Below, piece after piece: positions 24,542 to 35,858 of a DNA stretch of 42,869 bases. Both the position numbers and the translations under genes were made by a program. The DNA is from Callorhinchus milii (taxonomy: Eukaryota). The notes beneath the pieces were generated by a model. That model searched no databases. It saw nothing but the letters and a program-made list of their open reading frames with translations, and was not told the origin of the DNA. Numbering within the stretch: the first letter of the stretch is position 1; each line of letters opens with the position of its first letter. Location of the stretch: the NCBI RefSeq assembly GCF_018977255.1, contig NW_024705458.1, forward strand, positions 1 through 42,869, given 5' to 3'.

Positions 24542-24998
24542 AATTACCAAGGCATCAACACCAACGAAGGTCCAGGCGACCACCAAACCTCAAGGTCGTG
24601 GCAAACTTTTGGTGGTGGCAGCGTTGAAATGGCAGTAGAACTTATCCGCAAGTTGTGGAGACCTGCAGAGACCCACTCAGCGAGTTGGCACAGCAGGGGG
24701 CCACAAGGTGGTGGTAACATCAGCCACTCGTCTCAGTCAGTCGACACGTGACACCTGCTGGGTCTGCCCGTCACCTCCTCCTGCCACGTGGTAGCCTCAA
24801 GGTGCACGTGGCCTGGCAAATGCGTCGTGGTGACGTCACCGCCACTTAGTGGCGAATGGCGGTTGTTGTTGTTGTGTGTGTGAGTGCTAAACTGTGTGAG
24901 TGTGTGTATATGTGTTGCGCCATAGCAAGGCTCTGCAGGTCACCTTAGATGCCCCCAAGCTCACGGGCCCACAGGGGCAGCAGAGTGTCTATGACCTG

Positions 24999-25782
24999 CA
25001 CTGTTTCATTGCTTTTATGGCTTTATTTTGGTGATTTTTGAAAAGTTTTTGGTTTGGCCATGTTTGTTTGTTGTAGTACAGAGTTAGACTGATGGCCTTA
25101 ATCTAAGTTGTCTTGTGGTTGTTGTTGTTGTTTGACTTGCATCCCACTGGGATTTTTGCACACAGCGTTGGTGTACGGTGTTTTTTCTGCAATATTTTGC
25201 TGTCTTTTCTTGGATTTTCTGTTTGCACTTAGTCACATAGTCACTTTAAGATGTTTTCTTGTTCATGTTTTTTTTTGTTTGTTGCGGTTGCACCCGATTC
25301 AAGAGCCGAATGGCTCACAGGGCTATACCTAATACATGAAAACTTGAAACTTGAGGCGTGTGGGGGTTGACCGAAGGTGCCCCCCCCCCCCGCCTCTTAC
25401 ACTGGTCAACGTGTATCCACACTCGGACCTTCAAGTTCAAGTTCATTGATGAGGTGTAGCCCTGTGAGCCATTCGGCTCTTGAATCGGGTGCAACCGCAA
25501 CAAACAAAAACAAAAACATGAACAAAAAACATCTTAAAGTGAATATGTGACTAAGTGCAAACAGAAAATCCAAGAAAAGACAGCAAAATATTGCAGAAAA
25601 AGCACCGTACACCAACGCTGTGTGCAAAAATCCCAGTGGGATGCAAGTCAAACAACAACAACCACAAGACAACTTAGATTAAGGCCATCAGTCTAACTCT
25701 GTACTACAACAAACAAACATGGCCAAACCAAAAAACTTTTCGAAAATCACCAAAATAAAGCCATAAAAGCAATGAAACAGTG
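24999..25782. mobile_element. Foldback/MITE-like long palindrome (~350-bp arms, ~75-bp spacer)
   Basis: CACTGTTTCATTGCTTTTATGGC... is mirrored by ...GCCATAAAAGCAATGAAACAGTG. The arms are nearly identical and give near-identical ORFs on opposite strands. Confidence 0.85.
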
Positions 25783-26105
25783 ATCATAGGAACTGTGACC
25801 GAATTTTCACAATAAACGACGTAACAACATGTACTACCAAACCTGCAGCCATAGCTGGCTGCATGAGTCACTCCACAACAGTAGGAGCATCAGTCGGAGT
25901 ATCAACATTTTTCAATGCACCTTTAAGATCAGCACACTAAATCAAAACACAGATCATACTTCATGTAAGCTGACGTGCGTAGCGATCGCTGTCGTGGTAG
26001 AGTTGACCATATTTTTTTGGGATAATCCCTTTTGACTCCACACCAAGCTGTCTTTTTGTGCCATGTATAATGTGCTACATTCGTGAACTAACGCAATGAA
26101 AAATT

Positions 26106-26435
26106 AACCCGTAAAAACAAAGTTTTTCACTATAAATCCTTTATATGCGTGGCGGCTAGAGTCCTCTCGTCCTCTGGCTTGAGATGGCTGCCACCTATGG
26201 GTCAGATGATTGCCTGCCACCATTAAGCAATTGGTAATTAAATATAATTTATTTTTTCCTAAAAAGTGTAAAATTTTGGAAAAAATTTTTCACGAAAATA
26301 ATTGTCACGCACAACGAGTCTGTGTGCAAAATGTCAGCTCGATTGGATCACGGGAAGTGGGTTAAAAAACGACCGAAAGATTTGCACGGTCGTAAGCGCG
26401 CAAGCAAGCAAGTGAACTTAATATAAAGGATTTAA
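26106..26435. mobile_element. HINE/Helentron-associated-like element (other copies: 36041-36369, 36897-37085, 37246-37321)
   Basis: Near-identical dispersed copies. Subterminal inverted repeat AAATCCTTTATA/TATAAAGGATTT, terminal hairpin GTAAAAAC-AAA-GTTTTTCAC and an internal (GCAA)n tract. Family assignment inferred from architecture. Confidence 0.7.
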
Positions 26436-26598
26436 AAATCAGGTTGATTCACGAGAATATCATGTTCTTTTCTGCCATAACAGAGAAAGAATGTATATAT
26501 AACGTGACATTTTGGCAGACTGGCCCAACTTTATTTATGCCCATAGGATAATGAAAGATAATGCATAAGAATAGGGTAAAACCTATTCTTATATTTTC

Positions 26599-27645
26599 AC
26601 ACACACACAGACCCACAGACTCACACAGAGACCCACAGACTCACACAGAGACCCACAGACTCACACAGTGACCCACAGACTCACACAGAGACCCACAGAC
26701 TCACAGAGACCCACACACTCACACAGAGACCCACAGACTCAGAGAGACCCACAGACTCACACACAGACCCACAGACTCACACAGAGACCCACAGACTCAC
26801 ACACAGAGACCCACACTCACACAGAGACCCACAGACTCACACACAGAGACCCACAGACTCACACAGAGACGCACAGACTCACACAGAGACCCACAGACTC
26901 ACACACAGACACCCACACACACACAGAGACCCACAGACTCACAGAGACCCACAGACTCACACAGGACCCACAGACTCACACACAGAGACCCACACTCACA
27001 CAGAGACCCACAGACTCACAGAGACCCACAGACTCACACAGAGACCCACAGAGACCCACAGACTCACACAGAGACCCACAGACTCACACACAGAGACCCA
27101 CACACTCACGCAGAGACACCCACAGACTCACACAGAGACCCACAGACTCACAGAGACCCACAGACTCACACAGAGACACACACAGACTCACAGAGACCCA
27201 CAGACTCACAGAGACCCACAGACTCACACAGAGACCCACAGACTCACACAGAGACCCACACACTCACACAGAGACCCACAAACTCACAGAGACCCGTAGA
27301 CTCACACACAGAGACCCACAGACTCACACAGAGACCACCGACTCACACAGAGACCCACACACTCACACAGAGACCCACAGACTCACAGAGACCCACAGAC
27401 TCACACACAGAGACCCACAGACTCACACAGAGACCCACACTCACACAGACCCACAGACTCACACAGAGACCCACAGACTCACAGAGACCCACAGACTCAC
27501 ACAGAGACCCACAGACTCACACAGAGACCCACATACTCACACAGAGACCCACACACACAGAGACCCACAGACTCACACACAGAGACCCACACACTCACAC
27601 ACAGAGACCCACACACACAGAGACCCACAGACTCACAGAGACCCA
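26599..27645. repeat. (ACAGAGACCCACAGACTCAC)n minisatellite
   Basis: Directly visible; it explains the spurious 368-aa ORF. Confidence 0.95.
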
Positions 27646-27800
27646 GGTCACGTGACTGACCCCTTCGCCCCGCCACCTTTCATCTTCCCTCCCCCAAGCC
27701 CCGCCCCTGGCCACGCCTCCTGCGTCACGTGTCCACGGGCCCTGACATCCGGGCCTCCTCCTGAACTCGCCTGAGCCGACACGTGCGCAGCCTGGGCCCT
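27646..27800 (+). promoter_or_regulatory. Candidate promoter upstream of the LPAR gene
   Basis: GGTCACGTGAC and CACGTG E-boxes, GC boxes CCCCGCC, CpG-rich. Link to LPAR is positional only. Confidence 0.4.
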
Positions 27801-28036
27801 TCTTCTCCGTCGACTGCCTGCAGAGGAGACCTCGGCAAGAGAAGGCAATTGACCCCCTTTTATTAGCCGGGGTCAAAGGGTAAAGGTGTCTGTGTGCCGA
27901 GGGGTGAGGTCAAAGGTCAGCTCGTTGTTTTGACCTTGCCTTGCCTTGCCTACTGGCCATGTGCTAATCCTAAGGGACGCTGCTCAACAACGACAGGATT
28001 CTGTGAGGTTTGCGTTGCGTTTGTTCTCGTGTAGAG

Positions 28037-28391
28037 CAGCGGTCGGGAACCTATGGCTCGCGAGCCATACACACATGGCTCTTCCGGTGACGGCATGTGG
28101 CTCCCAGACAATTTTGAGTTGAAAAAAAAATAATAAAAAATCAGTTTGGAACTGATTTTAAAATACTTGTGATATTTGCTTAATAATAGTGTGTCATTTT
28201 AAAGTGAACAGAAATTAGTTTTGAAGATAAAATTTCTCGGGTCACGGGTTCCGTGACCAGAAGTCACATTAAAAGTAAAAAAAAATATTTAATGTATTAC
28301 ACGTTAAAAATACTATATGGCTCTCAATGAAATATATTAAGAAATAATTGACTTTTATGGCTCTCCCAGTCAAAAAGGTTCCCGACCGCTG
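28037..28391. mobile_element. hAT-type MITE
   Basis: TIR CAGCGGTCGGGAACC/GGTTCCCGACCGCTG and a perfect 8-bp TSD GTGTAGAG. Confidence 0.93.
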
Positions 28392-28548
28392 GTGTAGAGG
28401 GTGAACGCCACAAGTAAGCAGGGCTCGCCTTGTTCAAACCCCTCTTAGTCTGTCCCCAACTCTCACGGGAAGAGAATCTGTGTTAGAAGCCGTGACATTG
28501 TAACGTGTAATGCGGCATTTCTTCCTAAATTGCAAGCCGCATTAATTA

Positions 28549-28990
28549 CACTGGTCAACAACAACAAAAACATGTTTTTCTGGCCTGGAGTTTTGCAGCT
28601 GTTCTAGGCTAATTTCAGGGTGCTGATTTCAAATCTGATCTCAGATTTGCTGTAGCACGTCTAATTTTTATGCTATCGGCATACCCCATTTTCATTGATT
28701 TTACCCGAAATTAACTCTGTCACTTATGATTGCAAGTTGTTGCGAGTCAGTGACTGCTTTAGTGTTAAAATACGCTGCTGTATTTTTAGGATATTGTGTT
28801 TATAATATCATTGTAGATATCCACATTCATTTAATATTTTTCCTCGCAGTTTTTATTGAAAATGCAATATTTGATATCTCAAAAACCTGATGTGATAGAC
28901 AAAAACTGATGCCAGATTTGGAATCAGCACCCCAAAATGACCTTAACACCGTTGTAATACCTCATGCCACAAAAAGTGTGTTGACCAGTG
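28549..28990. mobile_element. Non-autonomous CMC/Chapaev3-type DNA transposon
   Basis: TIR CACTGGTCAACA/TGTTGACCAGTG, 3-bp TTA TSD, and subterminal inverted GGGTGCTGATT/AATCAGCACCC. Confidence 0.8.
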
Positions 28991-29576
28991 TTATGTATGC
29001 AATGTTAGTGTGCTGATGTCGACGTAGCCTTTGACCAGATCACTCACAATGCACGCAGCCTTTTCCGATTTTGTAAGCTAAGCAGGGTTTGTGTCAGAAG
29101 TGCTTTGGATGGGTTGACCACCACCACCACCACGTGCAGTATAAAGGTGCTGTGGGCGTTGTAGACAGCAGTTGGCAGTGCAGAAACCCCCATTGGTGTA
29201 CTGCACTCCCCACCACCACCTCCACCACAAACCCCACTGACCAGCGTGGTGAAGTATAGTCAAATATCGCTCTTGACCCGACCCACAAGACGTGTGCGGA
29301 GGTCATCATCCAGCAGTGGAATTATTCAAGCGGACTGTACATGTATGATGCGAGAGTTCCTATACATGTACACGCGTGTGCGTACACATGTATCGGCAGT
29401 GTGACAAGATGACATCACCTCTTTTCACGACCCTGAGTCACATTCCCCTGGGGGTCATTAAATAGGGCAATCAGTCACGGACGCCAGTGCAGATAATAAG
29501 ATGGTGCCATTGTCTATGATCATGACGCTCAGAGGAGGAACGCTATCGAGATGTAATTGTATAACAACAGCTCTTT

Positions 29577-29781
29577 AGTAGTAGGTTTTTACCCTTTAAA
29601 CTGGTACAAAAACTGACACCTTTATACAAGGCATCATGTTTGCAATAACCACAACACAAGCAGTCAAAATGCAAACAAAAAGAAACAACTCTGATGATGA
29701 TAATGATATGCACTGTCCTTGATGTTGATTGGTCCACACCCCAGACAGCTTTTCTTAGAGCCTAGTCTCGATTGGTGTTGG
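29577..29781 (-). mobile_element. Family-2 PLE-like fragment ending 27 bp before the LPAR acceptor
   Basis: Near-identical to 21069-21272. Confidence 0.85.
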
Positions 29782-29845
29782 TTTCCTTTAATAATCTTTG
29801 CTTTGCAGGTGTGCTTGGACGTGGGAAACACAACGCGAGAACGAG

Positions 29846-30571
29846 ATGGACGTCAGCTGCCACCACAACGAGACGATCGCATTCTTCTACCGCAACAGCA
29901 ACAAGCCGCTCTACGACGAGTGGTCCTTCACCAGCACGCTGGTCATGGTGCTCGGCCTGACCTTGTGCCTCGGCATCATTCTGGCCAACGCCCTCGTCAT
30001 GTTCGCCGTGTACATCAACAAGACACTCCACCACCCCGTCTACTTTCTCATGGCCAACCTGGCCGCGGCGGATTTCTTTGCCGGAGTGGCGTACATCTAC
30101 CTGGTTGTCAACACGGGGCCCAACACTCGCAAGCTGTCGCTGGAGACCTGGATGCTGCGCCAGGGGCTGATCAACACGAGCCTCACCGCCTCCGTCGCCA
30201 GCCTCCTGGTCATCGCCATCGAGCGCCACGTCGCGCTGTTCCGGATGCAGCGGATGAGCGAGCGGCGCGTCGTGACGGTCGTCGCGATCATCTGGCTCGT
30301 GGCCATCATCGCCGGCGCCATGCCCAGCATGGGCTGGAACTGCGTCTGCGACGTCGGCACGTGCTCCACCATGGCGCCGCTGTACAGCGCCAGCTACGTC
30401 GCCTTCTGGGCCGGCTACAACCTCTCCATGTTCCTCATCATGGCGGGGCTCTACGGCCACATCTTCGTGAACGTGTGGAGGGACAGGATACCCGTGCTGC
30501 AGAATAGCTCCAGGTGCTCCCGGAGGCAAGACGCCCCGTGAGCTTGCTCGTAACGGTCACCATCATGTTGG
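29846..30571 (+). CDS. Lysophosphatidic acid receptor (EDG family, LPAR1-like), main coding exon TM1-TM6; one apparent 1-nt frameshift at ~30535
   Basis: CHHNETIAFFY, HPVYFLMANLAAADFFAG, NTGPNT, WMLRQGL, AIERH, GWNCVCD..CSTMAPLYS. Acceptor TTGCAG before 29809. Adding one C to GCCCCG restores VSLLVTVTIMLG|GTAAGC. Confidence 0.93.
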
Positions 30572-30620
30572 GTAAGCGTTGTGGGTCTGTCTGGGCAGAA
30601 CATTCGACAACACGATTCAC

Positions 30621-30959
30621 GATAATTGTTTTTTTACCCTTCTATCTGGCAACAAAACTGACACCTTTTTTACAAGGAGTCACGTTTGCATAGACCACAA
30701 TACCTGCAGTCATAATGCAAACAAAAAACATAACTCTGATAATGTACGCACTGTCCTTGAAGTTGATTGGTCCACACCTGAGACACCTTTCCTTAGAGCC
30801 TAGTCTCACATGGTGTTGGACCAGATGACGCCAAAAGGCGCACAACTGTTTTTTTGTTTGCATTACGACTGCAGGTATTGTGGTCTATGCAAACATGACT
30901 CCTCGTAAAAAAGGTGTCAGTTTTGTTGCCAGATAAAAGGGTAAAAAAAAGCAATTATC
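30621..30959. mobile_element. Family-2 (subfamily b) inverted pair filling most of the LPAR TM6 intron
   Basis: GATAATTG..TTTTACCC arms inverted around the TGGTCCACACC..GGTGTTGGACCA hairpin. Confidence 0.8.
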
Positions 30960-31016
30960 AAGGCTGGTCTTGTTCCACGCGTCGCTGCCAAAAATGGCTC
31001 GTGCCGTCTCTCCCAG

Positions 31017-31336
31017 GAGCCTTTATCGTGTGCTGGACGCCGGGCCTGGTGATTCTGCTGCTGGATTCCTTCTGCTCGGACTGCAACGTCCTGGCCTTCG
31101 AGAAGTACTTCTTGCTCATAGCGGAGCTCAACTCCGCCATGAACCCCATCATCTACTCGTTTCGGGACACGGAGATGATCGCCACTTTCAAGCGCATCCT
31201 GAGCTGCCGAAAGGCGGGATGCGTCGCAGCGAGCGGCTCCGAAAAATCAATTTCCACGTCGAATCCCAACCTGGTTACGGAGATCGGTCACGTGACCACC
31301 GCGAGTGCGATGAAGATGAATCAGATTGTCATCTAA
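31017..31336 (+). CDS. LPAR1-like receptor, last coding exon (TM6-TM7, C-terminus)
   Basis: TCCCAG|GA phase-1 acceptor; GAFIVCWTPGLVILLLD..EKYFLLIAELNSAMNPIIYSFRDTEM. An intron within TM6 is the known LPAR1-3 gene structure. Confidence 0.95.
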
Positions 31337-31365
31337 TATCTAATTGGGCTAACCATGCATGTTTT

Positions 31366-32212
31366 GATAATTGTTCTTTTACCCTTCTATCTGGCAACAA
31401 AACTGACACCTTTTTTTTACAAGGAGTCATGTTTGCATAGACCACAATACCTGCAGTCATAATACAAACAAAAGAGTACACGAGCTTGGAGCATGTATAT
31501 AAGCTGGGTGCCTTGACAAAGGAATTTGCATATCAAGAGGAATTTAGCATATTTATGGGAAATGCAGGAATGTGATTAGTACTACTTATGCCTGTGCATT
31601 ATGCAGGATTAGCAGCATCAAAGGGAGAGAATATGGGAAATGCAGGTATGTGATTAGTACTACTTATGCCTGTGCATTATGCAGGATTAGCAGCATCAAA
31701 GGGAGAGGATATGGGAAATGCAGGTATGTGAATAGTACTAATTCAGCATCAAAGGGACAGACCTGGTTTTCACCTGAGGACGGCTGCTTGCGTTGTGGCC
31801 GAAACGTCGTGAGAATTATTTTATTATGTTTTATTTTTATTATTTTATTATTTCCCTTCTACGTGATTTTACCGAAAGAACCAAGAAGATGAATCCCTGC
31901 AGTCACGAAAGCTTTAAATCGAAAAATAAAACAAACAAAAACATAACTCTGATAATGTATGCACTGTCCTTGAAGTAGATTGGTCCACATCTGAGACAGC
32001 TTTCCTTAGAGCCTAGTCTCACATGGGTGTGGACCAATCAACTTCAAGGACTGCACACATTATCAGAGTTGTGTTTTTTGTTTGCATTATGACTGCAGGT
32101 ATTGCGGTCTATGCAAACATGACTCCTTGTAAAAAAGGTGTCAGTTTTGTTGCCAGATAGAAGGGTAAAAAACCAATTATATTTTTTACTGGCAAATGAG
32201 GTTCCAGTGGTG
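31366..32212 (+). mobile_element. Composite family-2 insertion with nested hammerhead PLE (hammerhead at 31770-31812), 11-bp TSD
   Basis: TSD ATGCATGTTTT at 31355-31365 and 32213-32223. Family-2 inverted ends plus tail ATTTTTTACTGGCAAATGAGG; internal TCAC-CTGAGGA...GAAACGTC-GTGA. Confidence 0.8.
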
Positions 32213-33182
32213 ATGCATGTTTTACTCGGAAGCTTGTTGTTTCAAAGATATGTTTTACACAAGTCACATTTAACTTGGTGTTTCTTGAATAGGGTTTTAC
32301 TGGAGGATGCGTTGTTTTTCGTTGGTTCTCTTCCTGTTCAAATGACGGCTGCCCCCCAGCACACACGAACTCGTGTTCACGTGGCCCCCCTTGCGAGCGT
32401 CCGTGTTAACGTGGCTGTGTGTGTGTGTGTCCTTCAGGGACATTGTAAACAAAAATCTCGTATTTTGAAAAGCGTCGCTCAATATTTCTGTATTTATTTT
32501 TCTTTCTTTTTTATTTATTTTGGGGGCCTTTAAACGCTTGTTCAGAATTTAGTTCCGAGCCCATTTTGCGTTGCGTTTTCTTTTGAGCAAGGCAATCGTC
32601 TTGTGTGAGAATACTGCCTCCGTTGTGAGAGAAGTCGGTTGTTTTGTGGTGATTATTGTGTAATTATTGCGGCAGTTGCTTTTAGAAAACCGGTGGTTTA
32701 TTTTTGTCTACAAACAAGATGCTGGACCAGCAGGCAGGGTTGATTGGAAATGACCGCTCGTTTTTCCATCTTTGTTCTCACTTCACATTGGCAGCAATCA
32801 CAAAGGCTCCGTGAACGTTGTTAAGCTACGAGCATTGTGTAACCTTCACGTGGTTCTCGTGACGAAATGGCAAAATGTAACTTTCTTGCACTGTACAAAT
32901 GTTGGGAGATGTGGGTTTCGTCGTAAAGAGAGTTACAGCACCGTTATTTTGCCGTTAACATTCACTTTTAATCTTTAACGACGGCCACATTTCCACAGTG
33001 CAGTGATCGTACTGAGATGTGGGCGCGGTCCCGCCAGTCATCGATGTATCCACACAGCGCAGATTCTACTGGCTGCCAGGAAGGCCACAATGACATTACA
33101 ATGTGATACTGGTAGGAACCACCTGGTTCCACCAGCCCACAGGGGATTATTGTGTCTGTCCGTCCGTCGTGCATCCAAAAAT

Positions 33183-33422
33183 GGGAGGGGTGGGGCTGGG
33201 TTGAGAGGGGAGGGTGGGGAGGGGCTAGGTGGGGTGGGGCTGGTGGGAGGGGTGGGGCTGGGTGGGGAGGGGCTGGGTGGTTAGGGCTGGATGGGGGGGT
33301 GGGAGGGGTGGGGCTGGGTGGAGAGGGGAGGGTGGGTAGGGGCTGGGTGGGGAGGGGCTGGGTGGGTAGGGGCTTGATGGGGGGGTGGGTGGAGAGGGGT
33401 GGGAGGGGTGGGGAGGGGCTGG
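33183..33422 (+). repeat. G-rich low-complexity tract (G-quadruplex-forming potential)
   Basis: Dozens of GGG/GGGG runs. Confidence 0.85.
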
Positions 33423-33904
33423 TCACCCCGTGGTGCCCTTATAAAACTCAACGTTTAACCTACTCACGCCGGCTTGTGCCCGCCCTCACAGTCGGGCATA
33501 TTTGCGGAATACACCACGCCGCCGTTGACCCTGCAGGCCATTGACCGAGCAACCCAACGTTCCTACCAGCTCCCTCCGCAGCAGGAATGTGTTTGAGAGC
33601 AAGTCATAGTAATCGCCCACATCGAATTGTTCGTGCTGTTGAGAGCTGGGCTGCTGTGCGCTTTGGTATCGCAAGTTATAAGATTACAAGACCCCGCGAT
33701 GAAAACTTTGCGGTTGGGAAATGGCAAAGGAGAGAACGGCACTCCCCACCATTACCTTGAGGGAAGTTTTAGCTGTGTTGAAATCTCGGCAAAAAAAATG
33801 TTTTAACATTATCATCAGTCTGGTTCCCAGATAATTGAGTTGGTGTTTCTGTGCGGTATGAGCGCCAACTGTTTAAAGGACTGAGTTGCAAAAAAAGTCT
33901 TCAT

Positions 33905-34724
33905 GAATTAGTTTTTGGCAGAGCGACGTTTCTCTCTGCGATGAGATATTAAACCTGGTTACAATGTGTGTGTGTGTGTGTCTTCAAGAATTAGTTTTGG
34001 CAGAGCGACGTTTCTCTCTGCAATGAGATCTCATTAAACCTGGGTACAATGTGTGTGTGTGTGTCTTCAAGAATTAGTTTTTGGCAGAGCGGCGTTTCTC
34101 TCTGCGATAAGATATCATTAAACCTGGGTACAATGTGTGTGTGTGTCTTCAAGAATTAGTTTTTGGCAGAGCGACGTTTCTCTCTGCGATGAGATATTAT
34201 TAAACCTGGTTACAATGTGTGTGTGTGTCTTCAAGAATTAGTTTTTGGCAGAGCGGCGTTTCTCTCTGCGATGAGATATTATTAAACCTGGGTACAATGT
34301 GTGTGTGTGTGTCTTCAAGAATTAGTTTTTGGCAGAGCGACGTTTCTCTCTGCAATGGGATATCATTAAACCTGGTTACAATGTGTGTGTGTGTCTTCAA
34401 GAATTAGTTTTTGGCAGAGCGACGTTTCTCTCTGCGATGAAATATCATTAAACCTGGGTACAATGTGTGTGTGTGTCTTCAAGAATTCGTTTTTGGCAGA
34501 GCGGCGTTTCTCTCTGCGATGAGATCTCATTAAACCTGGTACAATGTGTGTGTGTGGTCTTCAAGAATGAGTTTTTGGGAGAGCGGCGTTTCTCTCTGCC
34601 ATGAGATATCATTAAACCTGGGTACAATGTGTTTGTGTGTGTCTTCCAGAATTAGTTTTTGCAGAGCGACGTTTCTCTCTGCGATGAGATCTCATTAAAC
34701 CTGGGTACAATGTGTGTGTGTGTG
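33905..34724. repeat. ~82-bp tandem repeat (10 copies) with internal (TG)n
   Basis: GAATTAGTTTTTGGCAGAGCGACGTTTCTCTCTGCGATGAGAT...ACAATGTGTG..TCTTCAA repeated. Confidence 0.92.
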
Positions 34725-35101
34725 CACGCTTGTGGAGGTAATGCATACTAGAATAATAAAAAACTAGTGGCATTCATGGATAAAGTTGGTGGCAAAAGCT
34801 TCCTACTGCTACCACGTGTTCAAGTGTTTATACATTTCGTATATTTTGATGGTAAAGTTTCTTTGACGTCTGTTGCGGTTGTGCAGATGCCGAACATTAA
34901 AACATTAATAACGGATATGAATTACCGAGTCTGTGGTTTTTTCGAATGTGAGCACCTGCTGTCCAGTGTCCCGTGAATTGCACGCATGGTCATGAACCTT
35001 TGTCAGTGTAGAGATGTGTAGATAATTACCAAAATGTTGACCGATGAAGTGTTACTATAGAAATCTTGGTGAACCACAACTAAGAGTGGATGATGAAAGT
35101 T

Positions 35102-35336
35102 CAGTAAAACCTCGGATTGCGAGTCACTTGGTCTGCGAGTGTTTTGCAAGACGAGCAATTTTTTTAAAACAAATATTAATTTGATAAACGAGCGAGGTCT
35201 TGCTATACGAGTAGTACGTTCTGTCTGCCGAGCGTCACGTGATCACAACTGATATACGAGTGCTTTGATAAACGAGTGCTTTGGATTACAAACACGTTTC
35301 CGGAACGAATTATGCTCGCAATCCAAGGTTTTACTG
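35102..35336. mobile_element. Tc1/mariner-pogo (Tigger-like) MITE
   Basis: TIR CAGTAAAACCTCGGATTGCGAG / CTCGCAATCCAAGGTTTTACTG, with TA on the right flank. Confidence 0.8.
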
Positions 35337-35483
35337 TAACTCAATATGATTGACCGTGACGAAACCCACCAATGATCAAATGATGTCCACTTCGATGAGA
35401 TTGTCTGATTAAAGGTAATACGATCATTGAGTAAGTTGCAATGCAGATAAATAAACATGATCAATGGTACTATTGTGGAGCTA

Positions 35484-35858
35484 GATTTGAAGCTTTCGTG
35501 ACTGCAATGATTCATATTCTTAGGTTATTTCGGTAAAGTCACCGTGTAGGTAAAAACATTAAAAAATAAAATAAAAATCACGACGTTTCGGAGGCAACAC
35601 AAGCTTCCGTCTTCAGGTGGAACCGTCACAGCCACGACAGCTGTATCAAGTAAATGAGAGATTGCAGGAGCTACCACTCCGTTTATATAATGGTGGTAGC
35701 TCCTGCAATCTCTCATGTACTTGATACAGCTGTCGTGGCTGTGACGGTACCACCTGAAGACGGAAGCTTGTGTTGCCTCCGAAACGTCGTGATTTTTATT
35801 TTATTTTACTTTTTAATGTTTTTACCTACACAGTGACTTTACCGAAAAAACCTAAGAA
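35484..35858 (-). mobile_element. PLE inverted pair with two hammerheads (35579-35619 minus; 35751-35791 plus), 13-bp TSD
   Basis: TSD TATTGTGGAGCTA at 35471-35483 and 35859-35871. CAC-CTGAAGA-C-GGAAGC-TTGTGTT-GCCTCC-GAAA-CGTC-GTG; central TATATAA. Confidence 0.9.

Noticed and set aside
26668..27774. 368-aa ORF and other long low-complexity ORFs (16116-17858, 17944-18390, 22178-23359, 11875-12932)
   Set aside because: These are translations of minisatellites with no domain signal.
29719..30529. Alternative-frame and antisense ORFs over LPAR and the connexin
   Set aside because: These are shadows of high-GC3 coding sequence, which has few stop codons in other frames.
30820..30846. Hammerhead variant CAGATGA-CGCC-AAAA-GGCG
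   Set aside because: No CUGA or GAAA core, and the G-U pattern indicates the opposite strand is the structured one.
33039..33532. Possible two minus-strand terminal exons (VNGGVVYSANMPDCEGGHKPA / HNNPLWAGG...AVWIHR*)
   Set aside because: One good GTGAGT donor and compatible phase, but weak acceptors and no recognisable homology; needs RNA-seq.
33905..34724. Hammerhead-like TTGAAGA...GAAACGTC on the minus strand of the 82-bp repeat
   Set aside because: I could not form stem I or stem II around these motifs; likely coincidence.
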